A stretch of 64,000 nucleotides of DNA from a virus. The translations under genes were made by a program, and so were the position numbers. A model generated the notes under the pieces. It saw only the letters and a list, made by a program, of their open reading frames with translations. It made no database searches and was not told the DNA's origin. The stretch spans positions 102,489 through 166,488 of the IMG/VR virus record IMGVR_UViG_3300021406_000010. One strand, given 5' to 3'. Below, piece after piece: positions 21,473-30,109 of the stretch; within the stretch, counting starts at the first letter, position 1, and the number at the start of each line of letters is the position of its first letter.

Positions 21473-22336
21473 ATGAACATCATCGAGTACGAGCAGATCC
21501 TTCGTTCCGGAGACATCGGCAGGCTCCCTGAACTGGACCGGTGGTACTGGTCCAAGGTCACTGTCATTGACGACGAGGATTCCTGCTGGGAGTACCGCGA
21601 GGCCACCCGCAAGCGCCCTCGCGGTAACTACGGGGCAGTGAGCATGGTCAACCCGAAGACGGGCCGCCGTGGCACGGTCAATGCCCAGCGGGTTGCCTTC
21701 TGGCTCGTCCATGGCCACATGCCGGAGGTCGGCCGCCATGAGTGCGATAACCCGCCCTGCTGCCGACCGAAGCACATCCTCAACGGCAGCACTGCCGACA
21801 ACAACCGGGACAAGGTCCTTCGCGGACGAGCGCTCGGGATCGGCGGGCAGAATGCCCTGAACCCCGACCTTGTCCGACAAGCGAGGACCATGTACCGCTC
21901 TGGCGTGGGAGTGCCGGAGATCGCGCGCCGCCTGGGCAAGAAGCTGGACGCTCTCCAGCTTGCGGTGAACGGGGTCACATGGGGATGGCTCATGGACCCG
22001 CCGCCGGTTGCGCCACATGAGCGGCGCAAGTCCGGGGGTAAACTCACCCAGCCGCAGGTCGACGAGATCAGGAGACTTCGAGCCGAAGGCAAGGGCATCG
22101 CCGAGCTGGGGAAGAGGTTCGGAGTCCACCACTCGAACATCTCCATCATCTGCCGGGACCTGCCCAGGGTCCGAGCCGTCCGGAAGGATGCCCGGTTCAC
22201 CGATGAGCAGGTTCGCGAGATCCGGCGCCTTGGAGCAGAAGGCGAGAAGAGGGCGGTGATCGGAAGGCAGTTCGGCATCACCGAAGATGCCGTCCGCAAG
22301 ATCGTCTCGCGCTACTCCTACTCCCATGTCGCCTAG
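21473..22336 (+). CDS. free-standing HNH homing endonuclease with C-terminal HTH repeats
   Basis: SCWEY...GRHECDNPPCCRPKHILNGSTADNNRD HNH_3-like motif; repeated LT..QV.EIR.L HTH units; antisense between sheath and tube. Confidence 0.85.
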   Translation: MNIIEYEQILRSGDIGRLPELDRWYWSKVTVIDDEDSCWEYREATRKRPRGNYGAVSMVNPKTGRRGTVNAQRVAFWLVHGHMPEVGRHECDNPPCCRPKHILNGSTADNNRDKVLRGRALGIGGQNALNPDLVRQARTMYRSGVGVPEIARRLGKKLDALQLAVNGVTWGWLMDPPPVAPHERRKSGGKLTQPQVDEIRRLRAEGKGIAELGKRFGVHHSNISIICRDLPRVRAVRKDARFTDEQVREIRRLGAEGEKRAVIGRQFGITEDAVRKIVSRYSYSHVA

Positions 22337-23868
22337 GCCCCCGTCGCCGAGGCGTTCTGCTGCGACTGCACCGCCACCAGGCCGCTGGACAGGTTCACCG
22401 ACATCTGCACCGTAATAAAGTTCAGCGGGATGGCCGGGGCGTAGGAGAACGTCACCGCGATGATGGTCGGGCTGCCCGTCGGGTACGTCTGCTGGATCAC
22501 CGACAGGCTGGAGTAGGCCTGGATCACCGAGGCGCCGATCGCCGCCTCGAGCACCCCGATGACCGCCTCCTGCACGGTGCTGACCGTGGTCGCGGTGATC
22601 GGGGAGCCGATCAGGCCGCTGCCCATCAGGCCCTGGCTGACCGCCAGCAGCAGCGAGTCCGACTGCCGCACCAGGGAGATCTCCTGGAAGTTCTGCGCGG
22701 ACATGTCAGTCGTGAGGCCCTGGCGGCACGCCAGCACGCCGCTGAAGTTCAGCCCGCAGACCGACACCCCGGACGCCGCCAGCGAGTTCATGAAGGCCGG
22801 GGTCATCCTGGCGACGTCAGCCGGGGACAGCCCGGAGGTGCCCTTGATGACCTGGCCGGTCAGGCCGGTGCTGACCGGCAGCGACGACAGGACCGCCCCG
22901 AGCGCGACGGCGAGGTAGCAGCCCGACGCCTGCACGACCTGCGTGGTGACGCCGTTGTACAGCTGGACGACCTCCGGATAGGCGAGCACGGTGCGGCGGC
23001 TGCCGATCGAGGCCGCCAGCGTCGGGACGGGGATGTCGGCCTCGCCGTAGTTGCGGGGCAGCCCGATGATGGCCATCCGGGGGAAGCCGTCGTTGTAGGC
23101 GCTCCACATGGCGGCGTCGGTCTCCTGCGCCAGGGTCTGCAGGAGCGCCGCGACGGTGGTCGGGGACGAGGTGAGGTCGTCGGCGAAGACCGGCACCACG
23201 ATGGTCGCCGCCACCTGGCTGGCCACCTTGGCGTACGCGGAGGCGTACTGCTGCAGGAAGGTTCCGTCGCCCGGGTTGAGGGCCACGCACAGCAGGGTGG
23301 TGGCGCCGTTGGCGAACGCCACCTGGGCGGCGAGCGACAGCGGGTTCGCCACCTGGGACGCGTTGGGAGCGGCGGGCACCGCCGACAGGAACGGCTGCCC
23401 GTAGGCGTTGATGACCGACTGCGGGTCGGTGAACGACTGCGGCCGGAAGTAGGTGCCGTCGGCGTAGGAGTAGGTGATGAAGACCTGCTGGCCGTTCGCG
23501 ATCGCGGTGCTGGTGCTGACCCGGGTGATGGTCGCCCGCGCCAGGGTCGGGTCGCCTGACGGGTCGGGGATGGCGGTCAGCGCGTAGTCCACCCCTAGGG
23601 CCAGGACCGCGCCGGACGCGGTCGCCACGACAGGGGCGGGGATGGCGGGCGGCCCGGACTGCGCGGTGAGGAACGCCCCCGAGTAGGTGAGGGCCGTCGC
23701 GGTGGCCGAGGAGATGAGCAGCGACTGGACGGCGGTCCGGTACCCAGTCGCCGGGCCGACCAGGGTCAGCACCCGGGACGGGACCAGCACGGGGGTGACG
23801 ATGGGGGTGCTGACGTCCTGCACGTACACGCCCGGGGAGATGTATCCCGTGAAGCTCGGTATCGTCAA
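22333..23868 (-). CDS. tail sheath protein
   Basis: AGGAGG RBS + TTG 23868; YISPGVYVQD N-terminal motif; C-terminal FSYAPAIPLNFITVQM motif. Confidence 0.9.
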   Translation of the reverse strand: MTIPSFTGYISPGVYVQDVSTPIVTPVLVPSRVLTLVGPATGYRTAVQSLLISSATATALTYSGAFLTAQSGPPAIPAPVVATASGAVLALGVDYALTAIPDPSGDPTLARATITRVSTSTAIANGQQVFITYSYADGTYFRPQSFTDPQSVINAYGQPFLSAVPAAPNASQVANPLSLAAQVAFANGATTLLCVALNPGDGTFLQQYASAYAKVASQVAATIVVPVFADDLTSSPTTVAALLQTLAQETDAAMWSAYNDGFPRMAIIGLPRNYGEADIPVPTLAASIGSRRTVLAYPEVVQLYNGVTTQVVQASGCYLAVALGAVLSSLPVSTGLTGQVIKGTSGLSPADVARMTPAFMNSLAASGVSVCGLNFSGVLACRQGLTTDMSAQNFQEISLVRQSDSLLLAVSQGLMGSGLIGSPITATTVSTVQEAVIGVLEAAIGASVIQAYSSLSVIQQTYPTGSPTIIAVTFSYAPAIPLNFITVQMSVNLSSGLVAVQSQQNASATGA

Positions 23869-23914
23869 CGCGCCGCCTCCTGTCCCTGGCCCTTCCGGGG
23901 CTAGCAGGCCTTGT

Positions 23915-23957
23915 AGCCTGGAGGCGCACCGCTCTGTCCACTGAGCTGCGCGCATGC
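23915..23957 (-). pseudogene. tRNA-like 5' fragment (D-arm only)
   Basis: AGCTCAGTGGACAGAGC forms a canonical D-arm; no T-arm or acceptor 3' strand follows. Confidence 0.3.
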
Positions 23958-23959
23958 AG

Positions 23960-24042
23960 GGCCATGAGGCCGTTAGCAGCGGCCTCGTGGCCTGGGCGGT
24001 CCCCCGCCGTCCCTTGGCAGGGAAAGATCCGGCGGGGACCGC
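23960..24042. terminator. two adjacent GC-rich hairpins
   Basis: ggccatgaggccg/cggcctcgtggcc and gcggtcccccgccg/cggcggggaccgc. Confidence 0.5.
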
Positions 24043-24672
24043 TCAGGACGTGATGGCAACCGACAGCGGAGGCGCGCCGGGGTAGAACTGGTCGGTCGCG
24101 GTCACCTGGATCTCCTCCAGGACGGCGAGCTCGTAGGTGACCGGGTCGGAGACGAACTCGCCCACCACCTGGACGGCGAACCCGCGCTCGTAGATGACGT
24201 CCATCGTGCCCCACGGGGTGCCCGGGGCGGCGGCCACGGCGCGGTCCTCGACGCTGTCCCAGCCCCAGGTGGAGGCGATCAGCGGATTGGCCTCCACCAC
24301 CTGGCGGAACTGCGACGGGAATGACGACTGGGCGGCGAAGGCGGTCAGCGACACCAGCTGGTCGTACACCATGTCCCGCTCGTTGGACGTCAGGGCGACG
24401 ATGGTGAAGGTCACGTGGCCGGCGAACTTCCAGCGGGCGTAGGCGTTGCCCGCCGGGTCCTGCTCGGTGTAGGCGATGCCGACGTTGCGGAGCTCGGCGC
24501 CCTCGTAGTCCACCCAGATGGCGGGGTACTGGGCATCATCGACCGGATACTCCACGGACACGTACGGGGGCCTGGTGCCCCCGGCCGGGTCCGGCTCGGG
24601 GTAGCGCACCCGGAAGGACTGCTCGATGGCCTGCACGGCAGAGGTCTTCAAAGACCGGAGGAACCCGCTCAC
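24043..24672 (-). CDS. tail terminator/completion-like protein
   Basis: 209 aa upstream of sheath; VSVEYP...YPAIWVDYE...FTIVALTSNERD motif. Confidence 0.7.
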   Translation of the reverse strand: MSGFLRSLKTSAVQAIEQSFRVRYPEPDPAGGTRPPYVSVEYPVDDAQYPAIWVDYEGAELRNVGIAYTEQDPAGNAYARWKFAGHVTFTIVALTSNERDMVYDQLVSLTAFAAQSSFPSQFRQVVEANPLIASTWGWDSVEDRAVAAAPGTPWGTMDVIYERGFAVQVVGEFVSDPVTYELAVLEEIQVTATDQFYPGAPPLSVAITS

Positions 24673-24745
24673 ATGGCTTCCGTGGCACCCGGCAGTTGCA
24701 GCTGCCGGGATGCCCGTTCGGAGCCTGCACCTCCCTCCCAGAGGA

Positions 24746-25045
24746 TGTTAGCAAGGAATGCCGTATGCTTGAGGCGCTTCGCAGTTGCAGGGACTTGCTC
24801 TCGCCGGGCAAGACGGCCCGCCTGGGGTGGTAGCCAGGCGGGCCGTTCTCGTCCTTGGCAAGGAATGCCGTATGATGGCCATGGCTATTCGCAGTAGCCC
24901 TGGCCGGGTGAAAGCAGGCCGCCCTCTGGTAGCGAGGCGGCCTGCTCCCGACCTGGCAAGGAATGCCATATGATGGCATCATCCCCGCCAGGGGTTAGTC
25001 CCCCTGGCCCGACGGCCCGCCACGGCGGGCCGTTTCCGTTTCCGG
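24746..25045 (+). ncRNA. array of three putative small-RNA transcription units
   Basis: GCAAGGAATGCC(G/A)TATG at 24751, 24858 and 24956, each followed by about 60-75 nt ending in a GC hairpin plus pyrimidines. Confidence 0.6.
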
Positions 25046-25204
25046 CTATCCTTGCCATCGGATGCGCAGCGTAGACGGACGTCCCGCAAGGGGCGGCGTA
25101 AGGCGGGGCCGGCTGGCCGGCGGCCGTCCCGCAGTCCAGCCTGGCGCCAGGCGGCACCGAGCGGCATCCTCGGTCCTGGGCCACGGCGCTCCCGGCCCGG
25201 GACC

Positions 25205-25906
25205 CTAGAACCGGGCGCGCCATCCCCGGTCGGCCGCGTAGACGCGAACCGGGAGGATGCCACCCTGTTCAGCGGCCAGCGCCATCGCGTGGTTCAGGAA
25301 CTTGCGGGGAGACAGGCCGGGGTGCCGCCAGCGGACCCCGACGTTCCCCGCCGCGATCGCCCCGCCCGTGCGGCCCGCCGTGGTCCAGGGCGCAGCGGCC
25401 TCGCGCCTGCCGATCCGCCCGGGGGCGCCCGGGTAGGAGGCGAGCACCGTGTACTCCTCCATGGTCCCGTCGGCCTTCCTCCGCCGCCTGGTCAGGCGCT
25501 GGCCGATCGGCGCGGCCCGGCGGAAGATCAGCACCTGCGTCCTGCCCGACAGGGTGACCCTGGTGCGGGCGCGGGGGTTCCGCTCCCGCTCGGTGCCGGA
25601 AGGGTCGTCGACCCACATGGGGATCGTCTTGCCCGCCAGCCCGGTCATGGTGAACGGCCGGATGCCCTGCTCCTGGAACCAGACCCACGAGTCCGCCCAT
25701 CCCACCCCGAAGAATCCCGCTCCGTACAGCGGGAACAGGCGGCTGGCGGAAGCTCCGGTGAGCTTCGGCATGACGCGGCGGGCCTCCCGGACCGCCGCGT
25801 TGGCCATGACGCGGGCGGCGGGTCCCTTGAGGCCGGGGATGAGCATGACGAGGCGGTCCGGGTGCTGCGAGATCATCATCTCCTGGATCTCGGCGAGGGC
25901 GGGCAT
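25205..25906 (-). CDS. neck/tail-completion protein
   Basis: 233 aa, basic, in head-tail region; VRWRHPGL.PRKFLN motif. Confidence 0.65.
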   Translation of the reverse strand: MPALAEIQEMMISQHPDRLVMLIPGLKGPAARVMANAAVREARRVMPKLTGASASRLFPLYGAGFFGVGWADSWVWFQEQGIRPFTMTGLAGKTIPMWVDDPSGTERERNPRARTRVTLSGRTQVLIFRRAAPIGQRLTRRRRKADGTMEEYTVLASYPGAPGRIGRREAAAPWTTAGRTGGAIAAGNVGVRWRHPGLSPRKFLNHAMALAAEQGGILPVRVYAADRGWRARF

Positions 25907-26889
25907 CAGGAGACTGCCGCCCAGAAGCTCACTCCCGGGACGTTGGCCGACGGGGCGATGCTTCCCGGCAGCGCCGACAGGCTAGTGCCGTTGACCGCGT
26001 ACCGGTACGCCGCCGGGGCCAGCCCGGCGCCGTAGGCCACCGGCGAGGCGCGGACGAGGACGGGCTGCGTCCCGCCCACGCAGAGGATGTCGGCCCAGTA
26101 GGTCCCGGCCGTGACGGCCTGCGGCACCGCGAGGGTCACCGGCGCGTCCCCCGCCGCGCCCTGCAGGACGGAGAGGGCGCTCCCCTGCGACAGCAGGGTG
26201 CCCGTGGGGCCGACCAGGCCCATCGCGGCGGACGTCATCCCCGATCCCGGGGTGGCGAGGAGCACGTGCACGGCGGAGATGACCTGCGCCGACCGAACGG
26301 GGACCCGGATCAGGTAATGGGTGCCCGAGGCGGTGGCCTGGGTGCCCTGGTACAGGTTCGGGTCCCCGTTCCAGGCGATGTACCCCTGGTCGGACGGCAT
26401 CCACCCGCCGAGGAGCTGCTCCATGGACGACAGCGGGACGTCGTCGCTCGTCACGTACCACAGGCCGAAGGTGGCGCTGTACTGCAGGAGTGTCCCCTGG
26501 CTCATCAGCAGCAGGCTGGCCGAGACGCCCCCGGACGCCCGGTTGATGCGGTCGAGGCCGCTGGCGGTGACCGTCAGGGCGTACTGCAGCGCCGGGGCCG
26601 CGCCGACGACCTTGAAGCCCGCCAGGGTGCCGTCGGCCGGGGCGGCGGGCAGTGTCGCGGTGAAGGACCCCGCGCTGATGTCGCACGGGTAGTAGCCGTT
26701 GGGGGTGACGGCGAAGGAGGCCGCCTGGACGGCCTGCGGTATCAGCGCTCTGGCCGTGGACGACTGGGCCTGCAGGGCCGCGACGGCACTGCCGAGCCAG
26801 GCCAGCGCGTCGGAGATCTCGTTATGGTCGGCGATGTGCCCCGGCTGCCCGGCCGCGCGGGTGTCCGGGGGCGGCGCTGGCATCGACAT
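25906..26889 (-). CDS. accessory virion (fibre-like) protein
   Basis: 327 aa; SFTATLPAAPADG beta-sandwich motif; N-terminus shared with 37998..38858. Confidence 0.65.
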   Translation of the reverse strand: MSMPAPPPDTRAAGQPGHIADHNEISDALAWLGSAVAALQAQSSTARALIPQAVQAASFAVTPNGYYPCDISAGSFTATLPAAPADGTLAGFKVVGAAPALQYALTVTASGLDRINRASGGVSASLLLMSQGTLLQYSATFGLWYVTSDDVPLSSMEQLLGGWMPSDQGYIAWNGDPNLYQGTQATASGTHYLIRVPVRSAQVISAVHVLLATPGSGMTSAAMGLVGPTGTLLSQGSALSVLQGAAGDAPVTLAVPQAVTAGTYWADILCVGGTQPVLVRASPVAYGAGLAPAAYRYAVNGTSLSALPGSIAPSANVPGVSFWAAVS

Positions 26890-26902
26890 GGCGTCTCCTG
26901 GT

Positions 26903-26993
26903 CAGCTTCCTTGCTATGATGGCGGTGGTTATCATGAGTTCGTCTTGTGGAGGACGACGCGAAGGGCGCCTGGTTCGTGCCGGGCGCCCTTTC
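26903..26993 (+). ncRNA. putative small RNA with own promoter and terminator
   Basis: CAGCTTCCTTGC-TATGAT promoter; hairpin tcgtctt/gaggacga; terminator aagggcgcctgg/ccgggcgccctt-t. Confidence 0.45.
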
Positions 26994-26994
26994 G

Positions 26995-29142
26995 TCATCC
27001 GGGCAGCGGGAAGGTAACGGGCGCCTGGTAGGCGCCGGACGCAGCGGGCGGCGGCTGCTCACCGGGGATGAGCGGCCCGTTGACCTGCTCGATCCAGGCG
27101 TAGCTGGCCGGCAGCCGGGTGTAGGTGCCCAGCACCCGCGCCAGGAGGTCCTGCGCCGGGGGGATCACGTACGCGACGGACGCCACGGGGTCCTCCAGGG
27201 CGGCGCTCATCATGTCGTAGGAAATGGCTGCCGTCGCCTGCCACGGGGAGGCGAAGCCGGTGCGGAGGGTGACCCGGGCGGGCACGGCCAGCTGGTAGCG
27301 GCGGCCGTCGGACCGGAACAGGTAGTCCAGCGGGTAGGCGCGGAAGTCAGGTACCGACTGGACGTTGACGGTGCCGGGCGCGACGGTGCCCTTCGCGGTG
27401 CGCTGCTGCCCCTGGTCGGCGTCGGTGAGGATGGCGGGCCGCACGATGAGGGCCCGCACCCCCGGCACCTGCGCGGGAACGGCGGCGATCAGCTGGGTGC
27501 CGTAGCACAGGGTGCACCGGTACTGGTTGCCCTGCCCGTAGGCGGCGGAGACCTGCGCCTCGGCCGACGCCGAGTAGTCAGGAGTGGGTAGCGGCCGGGA
27601 GATGACCGACGACGGGGAGAAGCAGCGGGCGCAGCGGACGGCCAGCCCGGCGGCCAGGTCCGGGGGGCGCCACAGCAGGGCGAGCATGACCAGCTCCCCG
27701 AACTGCCATAGGGCCTGGGCGTGCCGCTGCCGTTCCTGGTCGATGGCCCATCCCTGGACGTCCCGCTGCCAGGCGGGCTGCGGGCGCCCTGGACGCGGCG
27801 GCGAGGACGGGACGGGCAGCGCCGCCCCGGTGGCGGCCAGCGACGCGGTCGCGGCCATCGCGGCGCGGGCGGCGGACTCGGCCAGCGGGACGGCCCGCAG
27901 CAGGGGGGCCGCCGCGAGCCCGGCGGGAGCCGGGACGGCCCCGTGGGCGGTAGCGGCCAGGACGGGGCGGGCGGAAAGGACGGCGCCGGCCTGCCTGGCG
28001 GCCAGCGCGGTGGCGTGCAGCAGCGGGGAAGCGGAGAGGTAAACGCCAGGTGACGTGCTGGCGACGGCGTGCAGCAGCGGGGAAGCGGAGAGGTGCACGG
28101 CACCCGGCGCGGATCTTGTTCCCCGGGCAGTGAGGGCGCCGCCCGCCGTGAGGTGCGCGGCACCCTGCAGCAGCCCGTGGGCGTTCGCGGCCAGGACAGG
28201 GGACGCCGCCAGGCGGACGGCTCCGTGGCTGGCCAGCGTGGCGGCGACGTGCAGTGAGGAGACTGCGGCCAGGGCGGCGGCTGCCTGCCGGGAGGAGGTG
28301 GCGGGAGCCGCGAGGGACGCGGCGGCTGCCAGCGCGGCACCCCCGGGGCGCGCCACGGTGCCCGTGGCGGACAGCACGGCGGCAGCGGGCAGCCGGGCAC
28401 CGGGAACGTACCCCGCCGCGCCCAGCGTGGCCGCCGCCGCCAGCGCTGCCCCGCCACGGGCTGTCGCCGTCGCGGCGGGGACCAGGAAGGGTGCCGCCGC
28501 CAGCGCGGCGGACGCCTGGTCAGTCACCCTGGCGGCGGCCGTGAAGGACGCCGCCGCCGCGAGGGACGCGGCGCCGGGCATGAAGCGCTGGGAGGTGGCG
28601 GTCAGCGAGGTGCCCGCCGCCAGCACGGCGGCGGCAGCGCGGCCGGGGGCCAGCAGGGCGGGGGCGGCGGCGAGGTGCGCGGTGACGGCCGACGCGGTCG
28701 CCTGCAGCACGGGGGACGCGGCGAGGTGCGCCGGGGAGGTCCTGGCGATGGTCGCGGTGGCGGCCAGCAGCGGGGCGGCGGACAGCGCCGGGACGATCCC
28801 GCCTGCCGTCATGACGGGGGTCGCGGAGAAGGAGGCCGCCGCGACCTTGATGACCCGTCCGGCGGCCCTCAGGACTGGTGCCGCCGACAGGGCCGTGCCG
28901 GTGCCGCCGACGCCGAGGACCGGGGCGGCGGACAGGCGGGCCTGGCCGCGCACCAGGGCGGACCCGGTGGCCGCGAGGGCCGGGACGGCGGCCAGGGGGG
29001 CCTGCGCCTGCCGGGAGGTGACCGCCGTCGCGTGCAGCAGCGGGGCGGCCGTGAGGGAAGACGAGCCGACCTTGCCGCGAGTCCCCGCCGGGCTGACGGC
29101 GAACGCGGCCGTGAGGGCGGCGGCGCCGTTGACGGTGGGCAC
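26995..29142 (-). CDS. head-closure/neck protein with long Ala-rich repeat N-terminal extension
   Basis: 715 aa; many L(S/A)A(A/S)P.L.A repeats, then CxxC...CxxC domain (ERQRHAQALWQFGE). Confidence 0.7.
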   Translation of the reverse strand: MPTVNGAAALTAAFAVSPAGTRGKVGSSSLTAAPLLHATAVTSRQAQAPLAAVPALAATGSALVRGQARLSAAPVLGVGGTGTALSAAPVLRAAGRVIKVAAASFSATPVMTAGGIVPALSAAPLLAATATIARTSPAHLAASPVLQATASAVTAHLAAAPALLAPGRAAAAVLAAGTSLTATSQRFMPGAASLAAAASFTAAARVTDQASAALAAAPFLVPAATATARGGAALAAAATLGAAGYVPGARLPAAAVLSATGTVARPGGAALAAAASLAAPATSSRQAAAALAAVSSLHVAATLASHGAVRLAASPVLAANAHGLLQGAAHLTAGGALTARGTRSAPGAVHLSASPLLHAVASTSPGVYLSASPLLHATALAARQAGAVLSARPVLAATAHGAVPAPAGLAAAPLLRAVPLAESAARAAMAATASLAATGAALPVPSSPPRPGRPQPAWQRDVQGWAIDQERQRHAQALWQFGELVMLALLWRPPDLAAGLAVRCARCFSPSSVISRPLPTPDYSASAEAQVSAAYGQGNQYRCTLCYGTQLIAAVPAQVPGVRALIVRPAILTDADQGQQRTAKGTVAPGTVNVQSVPDFRAYPLDYLFRSDGRRYQLAVPARVTLRTGFASPWQATAAISYDMMSAALEDPVASVAYVIPPAQDLLARVLGTYTRLPASYAWIEQVNGPLIPGEQPPPAASGAYQAPVTFPLPG

Positions 29143-29145
29143 CGG

Positions 29146-29655
29146 CTATCCCCCCCGGGGGCGGGTCATGGTCGCGGCCAGCGCCCGCAGCACCCGCTCC
29201 TGCGCGCCAAGGGCGTCAAGGACCTCCCTCAGGCCGCCCTCGGTGGTCACGTCGAGGCGGTCCAGGGCGACGGCGATGCCCTTCCTGGCCTCCTCGGCGT
29301 CCTCGAAGGTCTTCGCGGCCCGCGCGTCCGAGGCCGTGGCCTGGACGGCCTGCCCGACCATGATGATGGACAGCAGGACGAGCTGCAGGAAGAACGAGGC
29401 CGTCCACTGCACGATGCCGTACAAGCCCCCGTGGATGGCGGTGGGCAGCGCCAGCAGGTCAAGCGCGGCGAAGGCGTAGGCGCACCACATCGTCCCCACG
29501 GCCCGGGTGATCCGCAGCGCCAGCCACGCGTTGGCCCGGGTGACCCACGGGCTGCCCGGCGGGGGCCGCAGGTGGTCGGCGGCGTGCAGGTGCACGGGCA
29601 TCCCGCGCCTGGTGAAGCCGAAGTGCGGCCTGCTGGCGTGGCCCGGCTGCGGCAT
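29146..29655 (-). CDS. membrane protein (DUF1003-like)
   Basis: GGGGAGG RBS; ITRAVGTMWCAYAF...LQLVLLSIIMVGQ motif. Confidence 0.7.
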   Translation of the reverse strand: MPQPGHASRPHFGFTRRGMPVHLHAADHLRPPPGSPWVTRANAWLALRITRAVGTMWCAYAFAALDLLALPTAIHGGLYGIVQWTASFFLQLVLLSIIMVGQAVQATASDARAAKTFEDAEEARKGIAVALDRLDVTTEGGLREVLDALGAQERVLRALAATMTRPRGG

Positions 29656-29692
29656 GGCACCTCCCCTGTGCCACTTCCGGGGACCGGAGCTG

Positions 29693-30007
29693 TCAGGGCG
29701 AGAGCAGGCGCCCCGCGAGGGACAGGCGCCCCGCTGCCGCCGACAGCTCCCGCACGGCCACATCCGCGCCCTCGCGGGTGAGGACGTAGTACCTGCGCGG
29801 CGGACGGCCGGCCCTGACAGGGTCGATTTCCTCCCACGAGGACGAGATCCAGCCGAGGCGCTCCATCTTGTGCAGCAGCGGGTACACGGACCCCGACGTG
29901 ATCCCGGTCTCCCGGATGAGGCTCAGGCCGAACAGGGGAGCCTGCGGGTCCCTCATGAAGACGCGGAGGATCATCAGGAGCTGGAGCGTGACAGGAGATC
30001 GAGACAT
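29693..30007 (-). CDS. PadR family transcriptional regulator
   Basis: GSVYPLLHKMERLGWISSSWE...GRPPRRYYVLT. Confidence 0.9.
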   Translation of the reverse strand: MSRSPVTLQLLMILRVFMRDPQAPLFGLSLIRETGITSGSVYPLLHKMERLGWISSSWEEIDPVRAGRPPRRYYVLTREGADVAVRELSAAAGRLSLAGRLLSP

Positions 30008-30042
30008 AGATCAATTCTACATAGGGAGCAGCAGGACACGAA

Positions 30043-30078
30043 CGAGGCCCGGCCCCCGTCACTGGGGGCCGGGCCTCG
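30043..30078 (-). terminator. intrinsic terminator
   Basis: 15-bp perfect stem cgaggcccggccccc / gggggccgggcctcg downstream of 30110..31012. Confidence 0.75.
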
Positions 30079-30109
30079 CCATGCAGAAGATATTCAACCC
30101 GGAGACATC

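Noticed and set aside
21473-22336. HNH genes as parts of group I introns or inteins
   Set aside because: They lie between genes on the opposite strand with their own promoters; no intron core or intein motifs seen.
304-24672. Contractile injection system (eCIS/tailocin) rather than phage
   Set aside because: Capsid, decoration, protease and neck genes are present in the same window.
24746-25045. Three 17-bp repeats as a CRISPR array
   Set aside because: Repeats are short, non-palindromic and promoter-like; spacers are 80-90 bp and contain terminators; no cas genes in the window.
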